Assembly: GCA_036281155.1 (NCBI GenBank)
Contig: DASUPL010000231.1
Location: 1-49,421, forward strand
Length of the DNA stretch: 49,421 nucleotides
Source: Solirubrobacteraceae bacterium
Lineage (GTDB): Bacteria > Actinomycetota > Thermoleophilia > Solirubrobacterales > Solirubrobacteraceae
Reading direction: 5' to 3'
The notes below the pieces were generated by a model, which was not told where the DNA came from, ran no database searches, and worked only from the letters and a program-made list of their open reading frames with translations. Made by a program: the position numbers and the translations under genes. Positions within the stretch are counted from its first letter, which is position 1. The number at the start of each line of letters is the position of its first letter. Positions 7,290 to 16,831 of the stretch are shown here, one piece after another.

Positions 7290-10200
7290 TGATGTGTAGC
7301 TTTCGCAATCGCACAGCCTACGTAACCAAGCGCAATCCCAGCCAAGCCCTGGGGAGTGAACATGGCTGGCGATCCCACGGAAGTCACGAACGCGTAGCAG
7401 AAGTTCGAGGGTTCCTCACGGCCTCCCGGCTGGCATTTCCCGTTGACCTTCCTGCCTCCGCTTCGACACGGTCCAGCATACCCTGAGTTCCCATTGCTGG
7501 TGTGATGGACTCTGTTGTAAGGGCCACCGTAGGCTGCTCCATAGCTAAGAATATGGAGGCCAATTCCGCCTCCCAGAGTGTCGTTGTATTCGTCTTGTGC
7601 GCTCCAGGGTGGGTGTGCGATGAATTCTTCTACGAGTTGTTGGTTGACTGGTGGTGGGAGGATGGCTCCGGGGCCTATCCATGTTTCTGGAAGGTTAGGA
7701 TCACCGATGCCGTTTTCTGCGGCTTCGTAGTCGTAGGTGACGGTGTTGGTCCATCCGCCGCTGGGGTCGGCTTGGTTGACGGGGTCACCGAACGTGTAGG
7801 CGTAGGAGTTGATTGAGCCGCCCGGCTGTGGGTCGGTTTGCGCGAATCGTCCGAGCTGGGGTATGTAGGTTCTTGCGCCCATGTTGATCGCGCCTGATGA
7901 TAGTTCAGTTGGGCGTTGTGCGGAGCCAAGCCAGCTGTATTTCGCTGGGCTGGCGGTGCGTGGTACGCCGTACTCGGTGGTGTCGCTTGTGGAGAGGAGT
8001 TTCGTTTCGGTTTCGCTGAGGGCAGCTGTCGCGATGATGTCGCCGTGGAGGTTTGCGAGCTGCAGGATGGGTGTTCCGCCGTTGGTCTGGATCGCTGCGA
8101 GGCCCGTGATGCCGGGGATGTTCCGGCTCCAGACGGCGCCGGTGATGCTCCACGCGGGGGAGTCTCCAGGTGCGGCGTAGTGGTTGATCGTGGTTTGGTT
8201 GATCGTGCCGGTGTAGATGGCTTCGCGGGCGCGCCCGGCTGGGTCGAGCTTGTAGCTGATCGTTTGCCCGTTCTGGGTCAGGCTGGCCGCCCTGTTGTTC
8301 ACGTAGTAGGTGCTCGTCAGCGCAGAGCCACCCGCGTCCGCGGCGGGGAGGCTTGTGGTATTGCCGAAGGTGTCGTAGCTGACGCCGGTTTCGTTGAGAC
8401 GGTCGCCGGTGTCGTAGGCGTAGGTTTGGGTGCTGCCGCCTGCGGTTGCGCATTTCCCTTCGGTGCCGGGTTCGCGGGAGGTTTGGCTGGTGCGGTTGCC
8501 GACTTCGTCGAAGGCGTAGAGGCGTGTGGTGCAGCCGCTGCCTTGTGGGGTGTCTTGGGCTTCGGTGAGCCTGCCGATCCCGTCGTAGCGGTAGGCCTGT
8601 TTGGAGAGGCTGCTGGTCTGGGAGAGCCATTGCCCGTGGATTGACGGTGTCACGGCGTCAGTGAACCATTTGCAGTTGCTTGCGCAGTTCGTGGTCTTTA
8701 CGTATTCGAGGTTGACGGGTTCCCCGACGGTGTTGTAGGCGTAGTTGGCGCTCATCCCGTTTGGGTAGCCTAGGTTCGTGATGTTCCCTTCGATGTCGTA
8801 GGTACCCGTGAATGTGCCTGCGGCTGAGTCTTTTACCGTAACGAGCCGGCCGGTCGTGGTGCCGTAGCCGTCGGTTTGGGTGCCCTTGCCGTCGTTGGTT
8901 TTGATGAGCCGGAAGTCCTTTTCGGTTTCGTATTCGTAGGTCGTGGTGGTGCCATCCGCGTCGGTATAGGACGTGAGTTGCCCGAGCGAGTTTTCGATGC
9001 TGCTGATTGACTTAGTGACTCCTTCGACGGTTGTGCTCTGCTTCTTCAGTGCCCCGGTTTCTGTGTTGTATTCGTTGGTGACGGTCGGTAGCGGCGTATT
9101 GACAGTCGAGCTAATCGCTGTCGTTGAGGTCCGTCCGGCCGCGTCGTAGGTGATCGTTGTCGTTCGTTTGGTCGAGCCGATGGTGTCGACGACGCTCAGC
9201 GGCTCGTTCCAGACGTTGTAGGACGGGTAGGTCGTGACGGGCAGGTTGGGAAGCCCGCTTTCGGGTTGTGCGGCAGGCTGGGCCTGGCACGGCAGGCTGG
9301 CCCACTCAGGATGACTCCCGCACGCGGGGTAGGTCGCGTTCGCGGCTGCCGTGTAGTAGATCGTCTGGGTCTTGTGCGCTCCGGGGTTGCCGGACATCTC
9401 GGGAACCCAGCGTTGCACTCTGTTGTTTTTGAGGTCCGTGACATAGAAGCTGCCGCTTGCCGTGCTCGTGAGACCCGCGGGTTCTTCAAACTGGCCGGGA
9501 CCAGCCCCTTTCACGCCAGCGGCCCAAAGAAACCCGCCCGTGGGCGTGAACTTCTCGAGCCTGTTGTTGCCCGAGTCCGTGACGATCACGTTGCTCGCTG
9601 TGTCGACCGCGATGCCTATCGGGCTGGTGAACTGCCCATTGCCGGTCCCAGTGGTGCCGACGGCTCTCAGGAATTCCCCAGCTTCGGTGAGCTCCTCGAT
9701 GCGGTTGTTGCCCGCGTCGATGACCCAGAGGTTCCCGCTTGCTGTGATCGCGATGTTTCGCGGTGTTTTGAACTGTCCGTTGCCCGTGCCGGGGAGCCCG
9801 GCTTTGCAGGCCATTTTGCAGATCTCGAAACTGGTCCCGCCGGTTTTTACCCCGAATCCGAATGTTTCGAGGAATGTGCCGCTCGCGTTGAACTTCTCTA
9901 TCCGATGGTTTCCAGAGTCAGCTACGAAGATGTTACCTGTTGTTCCGATAGCGATTCCTCGTGGTTCTTTAAACTGGCCGCCAGCGGTTCCTGCGCTACC
10001 GAACTGGAGCTGATACACCCCGCTAGCGTTGAACTCCTCGACTCGACTGTTTCCAAAATCGGTGACGAGAGTGTTGCCCGCGGCATCTACAGTCAGCGCG
10101 TATGGAGTTTTGAGCTGCCCGTTACCTGTCCCAAGCGACCCAAATTTCGCGAGATATGTTCCTGCTGACGAGAATTCCTCAACGCGGGAGTTGCCGCTGT

Positions 10201-13200
10201 CAAGCACTAGCACGTTACCTGTGCTTCTAGTGGCCGCTGATCTCGGTTCTTTGAACTGGCCCGGTTCGCTCCCGAGCACTCCAAATGCGGCTGCGTAAAC
10301 GGAAGGAATTGATTCCGCACCGGTACCGGTGGGTGCCTGTGTTTCGGTCACGTTGCCCGTCGATGGTTCGTACTTGGTGGCGGAGGCGATAGTGTCCCCG
10401 CCAGTAGTAGTCAGGCTCGCCGTCGGGGCATGGAGTGTCCACCCGAGGTTTTCCTGACCACTGTAGGTCGTTATGACCGACCGCTGGTCGGCTATGTTTT
10501 GCCCCGCATATTCGGCTGCTTCGGTCGTCCTTGTTACCAAGTGAAATGTTTTTTCTTCTGGGGCAAGTTCATCATAGAAGTACTGCTTGAGATTACGGGC
10601 AGAAACTTCGGTACCGCTAGCAAGCTTGACTGTGTGAAGTGGTCCTTGTGTGCTCGTCAGCTCAGTATCGTCCGTGCTGTAGGTGTTTTCTGTTGAGTAC
10701 TGTTTTGCGAATGTTTCGGATTCGCTTCCTTTTGCGAGCGCGGCTGCCCGGTTGTTCGGGCTCAGGGTTCTCGTGATGTTGTTTGCCGTGTCGTATTCGG
10801 TTGTTGAGATCCCGCCGCCTGGCGAGGCCGTGTTGACGGTGCGGTTGGCGCTGTCCATGTAGAAGATGCTCGCGCGTTTATAGTCTTGCGCGGGCCAGCC
10901 CTCTGGCTCATCCCCAGGGAAGATTGCCGTCGCGACTGCGGGTGACTCTGTCTGGGCCCATTTCTGGATCGTCGTTTTGTCCATCGGGTATGGGGCGCCG
11001 CTACCGCTGATTGGGACGTGATACTCAATCGTGGAAACCGAGTTGGTCCCCGGGTTCGGGGGAGCGGGGATTGGCTCTTGCGTGGGTTCGGTGCCGCCGG
11101 GCACCATGGCGCTTGCCGCGGTCGCCGCCAGGCTTGTCCCGCCGGCGTTTACGGCAAAGACCTGCGCCACGAGGGTGTGTCCGGCGTCGCTGACGATCGG
11201 CGTGTAGGTCTGGTTCGTCGCGCCGCCGATCGCGTGGCACTGCGCGCCGCTTGAGTTGCAGTCCTCCCACTGGTAGCTGTAGGCCAGCGCGCTGTTGCTC
11301 CATGTTCCGTTCGTTACGCTCACTGCGGCCCCGAGCACGGGTGTGGTCGTGGATAGCGCTGGAGTCGCAGTGTTCTGTGGCGCGATACCGTTCCCCAGTG
11401 CGGTAGCAGCGTTCGGGCTGGTGACTGAGAGCAGTCGTCCGTGGTTTAGATCGCCAGGTATTGAGCCGTAGTTCAGCAGCCAGGGCTGACGCGCGGGGGC
11501 GTTGACAGCCGTCACGTGGGATTCCTGTTCGGCGTCATACCCGTAGCTGGCCTTCAGCGCGGGTGAGATCAGCGGGTTCCACTCCGCGCGTAGCCTGCCC
11601 TGTTTGTCATACGCGTACTGCGCGACTGTGCTGGTCGTCATTTCGCCTTTCACGGGGTCCCATGCCGTGAAGAACACTCTTGTTAGGCGTCCTTTGAAGT
11701 CCCCCCATTCCCCTGGGGCTTCCCCGGTAGCGGTGGTGCTCGTCGCGTAGTTGAACGTCAGGGCGCGGCAGCCTTTCACGAGCGACGCGGTGCAAGCGCC
11801 TTCGCTTGGTTCGGGGGCCAGCACCTTAACCGGCTCGATGATGCCTTCTGCTGTTTTCGTAAACGAATATTTAACCTTGTTCAAGCCGCCCGCCGCGGAT
11901 GCCTGCACGGCGCTACTCGGGTAGTACGAGGAGCCCCCCGACAGTTGGGTAAAGCGAGTGTAGTTCCCTTGAGTATCTGTGATCTGGTATTCCGAGCTCG
12001 ATACTTTCGTCAGCGTGTACAGCTGATACCCCGCGGGCGACATATACCCGCCGCCTTCTTTTGCGGCAAACATGATTTTTGTGCCCTCAGTGTTGTAGAG
12101 CGCGACCGTGCCTTCTTGCAGCACAGTCAAGTTGTGCCATGCTCCGCTCGGGCTCAAGACCCACTGCGGCCCGAGCGGCCCTTCAGCGCCCTGCGACGGT
12201 AGACGCGAATCGTATGTCCGGCCGACCTCGAGATTCACCGCCCCGCCAGACACGCTGACGTCGCTCGTGCTGAGCTTGAAGTCTCCTGTCTCCAGATTCA
12301 CAGCTCCCGGGCCAACGGAGCTATAGGCCGCTTCGTTGACGGTCACGCTGAAGGACTGTGTGGATTCGTTGCCGACCCAATCCTTCGCGACGACCGTGAC
12401 CGTGTGCGGGCCAGCACCGAATGCCTGACCATTCATCACCCAGCTACCACTCAGTCCGAAGCATCCCGCGGCTGGCACGCCGATCGGCGCCGCGCACGCA
12501 CTTTTGGCTGTATACGCGCTGCTCCCGTCCACCTTGATTTCAACGGAAGTCACACCCGACTGCGGGCTCGAAGTGCTCCCATCTACCGGAGCGAAGTCCA
12601 AAGTGTAGTTCCCGTTGCCAATCACGCCGCCCGCAGCCGCTCCGAGAGTCCCCGTCAATGCCCCGATCACCGGCGCTGTCTGATCGAGGTAGAGCGTCAC
12701 GTAGGACGATGATGGTTCGGCGTTGTTTTCTGCAGCATCTTTAGCAGCAGGAGCGACCTGAAGCGCCCCAGTTTTATTGACACCACTAAGATTCATAGGT
12801 TCTGAGGTGTAGCTCGTAGGGCATCCTGTGAACCCGTTCTGCACATTACAGCTCACAGTCTGCGTGAAAATCGGAGAAGCACCCGCAGGGATATGCAATT
12901 CAAAACCGGCGATCCCCAGTCCTTCATCTTCAGCTTCGATTTTCCAGTTCGTCGGACCAGTTTTCAACCACGCCCCCGCATAGCCCGCGGTATTCAGGAC
13001 GACTTTGTTAGGAGCAGCTGGGTCACGATAGGTGATCTGGGCGCCTTCCATCTGAATCCAGTTGAAATGGTTCTGCGGCGCCCCAGTGATTTCATTCTCA
13101 ATCAGGAACGTACTACCTTGGTAGTTGGCCACTTCGCAGAGGGGCTGTCCGCCGCCATCATGGCCTCCGGCTCCGGACGCACAGAACGCGATCGGCCGGT

Positions 13201-14497
13201 TGGAAAGTTCACCGGGCTCATACAACGGGAGCAATTCGGTAGCCCCAACCATGCCGTTGTAGCTGTAGACCGGTGCAGGACCGTTACTTTCGTTGATCGT
13301 CGCGATCAAACGTGACTGACCGCTCACACCATTCGTAACACCCGTCAGATCGACCCGCGTGATGCCGGCCGAGCCGGACTTTCCACTCAGTCCAGGCGCT
13401 TTCATAAAGAGCCCGCCACTGCTACCAATCGAAGCGCCAGGATTCGTACCAATCTTGATCAGATTGAAATATTCTTCATAGACCGGCGTCGCCCAGTTGC
13501 TGCTATGCGTCCAGCCACTCCAAACATTCGCGCCGTTTTTCGCGCCGTAAAACCCATAGAACGTCGGGTCGACAAGCACCGGGAAGTCCACATTCCCGCT
13601 CAAATCGACGTGCGTAGTCAACACATTGCCGCTGATTTCGTAAGACACCGGCACGGGCGCCCCATCCGCACCCACCGCAGTAGCGGGCGCTACCAACAGG
13701 ATCGGGACGCCTTCCTCCAGTACCTCCACGCCACCCGGAGTCCTCGTACTCCACTGCAACACCACACCCGCGGGCAAGTTGAACGCTAGCGCCTCATCCG
13801 CTGGCGCTTCCTGAGAGCGCAACTGCCACGAGATCTCCGCACCACCCGGACGCGGCTCAGCCAGCAAATCAGTGTCCAGCGCAGCATTCGCGAACATTAC
13901 ACTATTCCCCACCAACACAGGCGATTCGGAAGCCATCGACACCGGAGCGACGCTCAGCCCACCCGGAAACGCGAGGCCTCCTTCAGCGTGGGTTGAGATC
14001 GCCACGGGAACGACCGGGTTCGCTGGCATGAACGCTTCGCCGTCATTGCTCAACGTCAACGACATCGGAGCGAGCCCCGACCCATTATCGACACGCAGCG
14101 GGATCGTCGAGCTCACGACGGTATGAGCGCCACCCGGGAGCCTTTCGACAGCACTGTTTTCGCCCAGATACTTCGTGATCTGCCCGCCGCCTTCCCCGGG
14201 AGGCGTCCAGGCTGGCCGTTCAACATGGAAAGTCTGCTTCGCGAGCGCAACGGCAGCCGCCTGATCCAGCCCTTCATACTTCGTCCGTGACGCGGCATCT
14301 ACCGCTGCCTGTTCAACCGGGACCGGGGGAACACCCAGGATGGGTTCGGTCAACGACAGCGGAGCTTCTTCCTGCACAAAGGAGCTTTCCAGCGAACCCA
14401 TGGCTGCCACGTTCGTGGTAGCAACCATCGCCCACGACCCCAGCCCGAGAGCCGAGCACAACCCACACGCAATCAGTCGTCGTACAGCAGTCCGCAT
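7286..14497 (-). CDS. Secreted RHS/YD-repeat protein with Ig-like and NHL-propeller insertions and an unknown C-terminal domain
   Basis: Signal-peptide-like N-terminus; VNLETGDF...VGRTYDS...GPLGPQW shell start; many YD repeats; core motif MGARTYIPQLGRFAQTDP...YAYTFGDPVNQADPSG; about 156 aa C-terminal extension. Confidence 0.95.
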   Translation of the reverse strand: MRTAVRRLIACGLCSALGLGSWAMVATTNVAAMGSLESSFVQEEAPLSLTEPILGVPPVPVEQAAVDAASRTKYEGLDQAAAVALAKQTFHVERPAWTPPGEGGGQITKYLGENSAVERLPGGAHTVVSSTIPLRVDNGSGLAPMSLTLSNDGEAFMPANPVVPVAISTHAEGGLAFPGGLSVAPVSMASESPVLVGNSVMFANAALDTDLLAEPRPGGAEISWQLRSQEAPADEALAFNLPAGVVLQWSTRTPGGVEVLEEGVPILLVAPATAVGADGAPVPVSYEISGNVLTTHVDLSGNVDFPVLVDPTFYGFYGAKNGANVWSGWTHSSNWATPVYEEYFNLIKIGTNPGASIGSSGGLFMKAPGLSGKSGSAGITRVDLTGVTNGVSGQSRLIATINESNGPAPVYSYNGMVGATELLPLYEPGELSNRPIAFCASGAGGHDGGGQPLCEVANYQGSTFLIENEITGAPQNHFNWIQMEGAQITYRDPAAPNKVVLNTAGYAGAWLKTGPTNWKIEAEDEGLGIAGFELHIPAGASPIFTQTVSCNVQNGFTGCPTSYTSEPMNLSGVNKTGALQVAPAAKDAAENNAEPSSSYVTLYLDQTAPVIGALTGTLGAAAGGVIGNGNYTLDFAPVDGSTSSPQSGVTSVEIKVDGSSAYTAKSACAAPIGVPAAGCFGLSGSWVMNGQAFGAGPHTVTVVAKDWVGNESTQSFSVTVNEAAYSSVGPGAVNLETGDFKLSTSDVSVSGGAVNLEVGRTYDSRLPSQGAEGPLGPQWVLSPSGAWHNLTVLQEGTVALYNTEGTKIMFAAKEGGGYMSPAGYQLYTLTKVSSSEYQITDTQGNYTRFTQLSGGSSYYPSSAVQASAAGGLNKVKYSFTKTAEGIIEPVKVLAPEPSEGACTASLVKGCRALTFNYATSTTATGEAPGEWGDFKGRLTRVFFTAWDPVKGEMTTSTVAQYAYDKQGRLRAEWNPLISPALKASYGYDAEQESHVTAVNAPARQPWLLNYGSIPGDLNHGRLLSVTSPNAATALGNGIAPQNTATPALSTTTPVLGAAVSVTNGTWSNSALAYSYQWEDCNSSGAQCHAIGGATNQTYTPIVSDAGHTLVAQVFAVNAGGTSLAATAASAMVPGGTEPTQEPIPAPPNPGTNSVSTIEYHVPISGSGAPYPMDKTTIQKWAQTESPAVATAIFPGDEPEGWPAQDYKRASIFYMDSANRTVNTASPGGGISTTEYDTANNITRTLSPNNRAAALAKGSESETFAKQYSTENTYSTDDTELTSTQGPLHTVKLASGTEVSARNLKQYFYDELAPEEKTFHLVTRTTEAAEYAGQNIADQRSVITTYSGQENLGWTLHAPTASLTTTGGDTIASATKYEPSTGNVTETQAPTGTGAESIPSVYAAAFGVLGSEPGQFKEPRSAATRSTGNVLVLDSGNSRVEEFSSAGTYLAKFGSLGTGNGQLKTPYALTVDAAGNTLVTDFGNSRVEEFNASGVYQLQFGSAGTAGGQFKEPRGIAIGTTGNIFVADSGNHRIEKFNASGTFLETFGFGVKTGGTSFEICKMACKAGLPGTGNGQFKTPRNIAITASGNLWVIDAGNNRIEELTEAGEFLRAVGTTGTGNGQFTSPIGIAVDTASNVIVTDSGNNRLEKFTPTGGFLWAAGVKGAGPGQFEEPAGLTSTASGSFYVTDLKNNRVQRWVPEMSGNPGAHKTQTIYYTAAANATYPACGSHPEWASLPCQAQPAAQPESGLPNLPVTTYPSYNVWNEPLSVVDTIGSTKRTTTITYDAAGRTSTTAISSTVNTPLPTVTNEYNTETGALKKQSTTVEGVTKSISSIENSLGQLTSYTDADGTTTTYEYETEKDFRLIKTNDGKGTQTDGYGTTTGRLVTVKDSAAGTFTGTYDIEGNITNLGYPNGMSANYAYNTVGEPVNLEYVKTTNCASNCKWFTDAVTPSIHGQWLSQTSSLSKQAYRYDGIGRLTEAQDTPQGSGCTTRLYAFDEVGNRTSQTSREPGTEGKCATAGGSTQTYAYDTGDRLNETGVSYDTFGNTTSLPAADAGGSALTSTYYVNNRAASLTQNGQTISYKLDPAGRAREAIYTGTINQTTINHYAAPGDSPAWSITGAVWSRNIPGITGLAAIQTNGGTPILQLANLHGDIIATAALSETETKLLSTSDTTEYGVPRTASPAKYSWLGSAQRPTELSSGAINMGARTYIPQLGRFAQTDPQPGGSINSYAYTFGDPVNQADPSGGWTNTVTYDYEAAENGIGDPNLPETWIGPGAILPPPVNQQLVEEFIAHPPWSAQDEYNDTLGGGIGLHILSYGAAYGGPYNRVHHTSNGNSGYAGPCRSGGRKVNGKCQPGGREEPSNFCYAFVTSVGSPAMFTPQGLAGIALGYVGCAIAKATHQ
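9405..10300 (-). repeat. Six NHL repeats (beta-propeller) inside the RHS gene
   Basis: Six units of G(Q)FxxPxxIA...V.DxxNxRxxxF, starting FKEPRS, LKTPYA, FKEPRG, FKTPRN, FTSPIG and FEEPAG. Confidence 0.9.
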
Positions 14498-14581
14498 AGT
14501 TTCCCCCGAAGGTTGTGAGACTAGTTAGCTCGATTGGGATGACAGGCGCCAGCAACCTAGCTGGTCCCCGCCAGTCTGTAA

Positions 14582-14610
14582 ATCCCCCGACCTCGACAAG
14601 TTCGGGGGAT
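14582..14610. promoter_or_regulatory. Inverted repeat upstream of the RHS gene; candidate operator
   Basis: ATCCCCCGAcCT-cgaca-AGtTCGGGGGAT: 12-bp arms with one mismatch, located between luxR and rhs. Confidence 0.55.
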
Positions 14611-14633
14611 GAAAATAAAAGCCACAAGCACGG

Positions 14634-15329
14634 CTAAATGCCACCCCTTGTGTGCTTGTCGGGGGGCGTAGTAGGCACCCCGACGAGATCCTGCCTGCGT
14701 TGGACCTTGAGCTTGTGAAGAACGCTTCCGACATGGGTCTTTACTGTCTCAATGCCGATCCCCATAGCAAGCGCGATCTCGCCATTGGATTCATTGCGGC
14801 TGAGACCTTCCAACACTTCTCTCTCGCGCGGTCTCAGACCCGACGCACCAGATGGATAGCATCGCTCGACACAAGCACCCTCCGCCGGGACAAATATTCG
14901 TCGACCCTGCGCGGCAACGCGCACCGCTTCAAGGACACCAACAGCCGGCTCACTACTAGCCAGACACGTAGCCCCTGCCACACACGTAGCCCCTGCCGCA
15001 AGCATACGCATACCATATGCAGGAGAAGGATCATGGGCCAACACCAGAATGCGCGTAGCAGGCTGAACTGCTTGCAGCCGCATAAGAATCGAACACTCCT
15101 TCGGCTCATTAACGATCGCGACACTCGGCGCGCGTCGAAGGACCACTTGCTCTAGAGCCGCAGAATCCACATCGCTCGCGAGCACACGCACTAGGCGATC
15201 CTCACTCAAAAAACTAAGCAGTCCCCGGCGGACGACTGGAGCAAATCGGCCCACGACCACCGTCAAGAGCTGACTCCCATTCAGATCCACACCGCAGCGA
15301 TCCCGAGTGCTCATCGGCCCGCCTACCAC
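14634..15329 (-). CDS. NarL/LuxR-family regulator with an atypical receiver domain
   Basis: C-terminal HTH LRPREREVLEGLSRNESNGEIALAMGIGIETVKTHVGSVLHKL. The receiver-like N-terminus lacks the acidic pocket. Alternative ATG at 15314. Confidence 0.88.
   Translation of the reverse strand: MVGGPMSTRDRCGVDLNGSQLLTVVVGRFAPVVRRGLLSFLSEDRLVRVLASDVDSAALEQVVLRRAPSVAIVNEPKECSILMRLQAVQPATRILVLAHDPSPAYGMRMLAAGATCVAGATCLASSEPAVGVLEAVRVAAQGRRIFVPAEGACVERCYPSGASGLRPREREVLEGLSRNESNGEIALAMGIGIETVKTHVGSVLHKLKVQRRQDLVGVPTTPPDKHTRGGI
14964..14997. repeat. 18-bp-period tandem duplication inside luxR
   Basis: acacgtagcccctgcc at 14964-14979 and 14982-14997; encodes AGATCV-AGATCL. Confidence 0.85.
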
Positions 15330-16237
15330 CTGAGAGCGACTTTTCGCGAGTCGCGATGGCTAGTGGAGTGTTTGCGTTCGCGGGATATTCCGGCGCGTGC
15401 TCGAGGGTGGTAGCGCCACCGTTCGGGGAGCGGCGGCCAGCCATGACGCACGACCCAGCCAAAGGTCCGGAGGAGGTGTTGCTCGGCGGTGCTGGACCTT
15501 ACGCCGAGCACCCGGCGCACCTCGGGGGGCATCAGGGCTATCGAAAGTCTTAGGTAGGCGACCATCACTGGGTAACGGATGATCAGCCACAGCAAGCGAG
15601 GTACGTGCGGTGGAGCGGGAACCTTGGCACGGGGGCTGCGCAGAGTGAACTCAGCCGTTGGCGTGCGCTCGAGCACCTCATTGAGGTTGCGTATCCAGTA
15701 GGCGTGAAAGCTCGCCCAGTCGCGGAGTACCGGGCGTTCGCTCAGCCCGTATGGCTGCCACCAGAGCACGGACTCGGCGATCAGCTGATCCTTCTCAGTG
15801 GCGGTTTGCGGGGTTCCGAAGAACTCGTTGATCGCGACGATGAGCTCGACGAACGTCGCGTGCGTCCAATAGAAGACCTCGGGGTCAAGGGTGTGCCAAT
15901 GTCGCGCTTGGCTATCGATGGCGGACAGGCCGTCATGAAACCCACTTACTCGCTTGGGCGTCTGCTGCTCGGGTGCGTCATAAACGGTCCCCAGGATCGT
16001 CGGTATCGAGCCCATGACTCGCGCCCATGGGTTCTTGAACACGACAGACTTCGCCTCCAGGACCGCGCTTACGCCTGGGTGCATGTTCTGGATCGCTCCG
16101 GTGCGCCCGATAAACAAGAACAGCCGCCAGTCACCCAGATATGTCCAGATCAGCGACCCCGGCCCGACCGACCGTCCCTTGCCCGGACCTGCCACTTCCG
16201 CGTCGAGATGCAGATCATGCGCCGCGTCTACGCTCAT
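15323..16237 (-). CDS. MpaB/DUF2236 (rubber-oxygenase-like) oxygenase domain, in frame with the upstream ORF
   Basis: GPGSLIWTYLGDWR, QNMHPGV, WHTLDPEVFYWTHATF. Internal ATG at 16237; the frame is open back to 16831. Confidence 0.85.
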   Translation of the reverse strand: MSVDAAHDLHLDAEVAGPGKGRSVGPGSLIWTYLGDWRLFLFIGRTGAIQNMHPGVSAVLEAKSVVFKNPWARVMGSIPTILGTVYDAPEQQTPKRVSGFHDGLSAIDSQARHWHTLDPEVFYWTHATFVELIVAINEFFGTPQTATEKDQLIAESVLWWQPYGLSERPVLRDWASFHAYWIRNLNEVLERTPTAEFTLRSPRAKVPAPPHVPRLLWLIIRYPVMVAYLRLSIALMPPEVRRVLGVRSSTAEQHLLRTFGWVVRHGWPPLPERWRYHPRARAGISRERKHSTSHRDSRKVALRW

Positions 16238-16831
16238 GTCTCGGGCCTTCTCAGGGATGACCCTGGCGAGCTCTGACTGCCCAGCCGCTCGATCGCTTTG
16301 TCGAGCTGACGTTCTGTGACCTCGCGTATGTGTTCGATGTGCCTGATCTCGTTGCGCACAAGGGGACGTCAATCTCCTCAGCCAGCCTGCTACTCGACGT
16401 GCTCTACTGGCACGCTGGCGTGTTCGCGGTCGCAGCAGATAGTCCGTCAAGAACGCATTCAGTAGTTTGACTCTCCTCTCGAGATCCTCCTGTTCGCTCG
16501 GCGGGATCTCTCCGGATGAAAGGCGCTCGGCCTCGCCATCGCGATACTCACCGAGGATCTCTACCGGCAGATCACAACACCTGCCTCCAACGAGGGTGAG
16601 CGACCCCTCTGGTAGGGGTTGCCCTGACCATCCGATGATCTCCAACAGCCGGAGGCGACTATAGAGCCGCCCAGAGAGATCCGCATCCTCGATCGAAGCG
16701 AACGTAAACGGTACTGAAGGGACATGCTCAGCGATCGACTTACCGAGCACACGCAGCTCAGCAACGAGCGCCAACCGCAGCTCCCCCACCAGCTCACCAG
16801 GCAGCACAAGCTTGGTGCTGGCGGCGCTCAT
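16238..16831 (-). CDS. Hypothetical protein with no stop before the oxygenase (apparent fusion 15323-16831)
   Basis: ATGA overlap at 16828-16831. Folded-looking N-terminal ~135 aa (MSAASTKLVLPGELVGELRLAL...LLEIIGW), then an Arg-rich, disordered-looking linker. Confidence 0.55.

Noticed and set aside
9405-10300. Periodic DNA similarity as a CRISPR or non-coding repeat array
   Set aside because: Degenerate in-frame NHL protein repeats, not identical repeats with unique spacers.
14582-14610. Hairpin as an intrinsic terminator of luxR
   Set aside because: The T-tract is on the wrong side of the stem. An operator is preferred, although a U-less terminator is not excluded.
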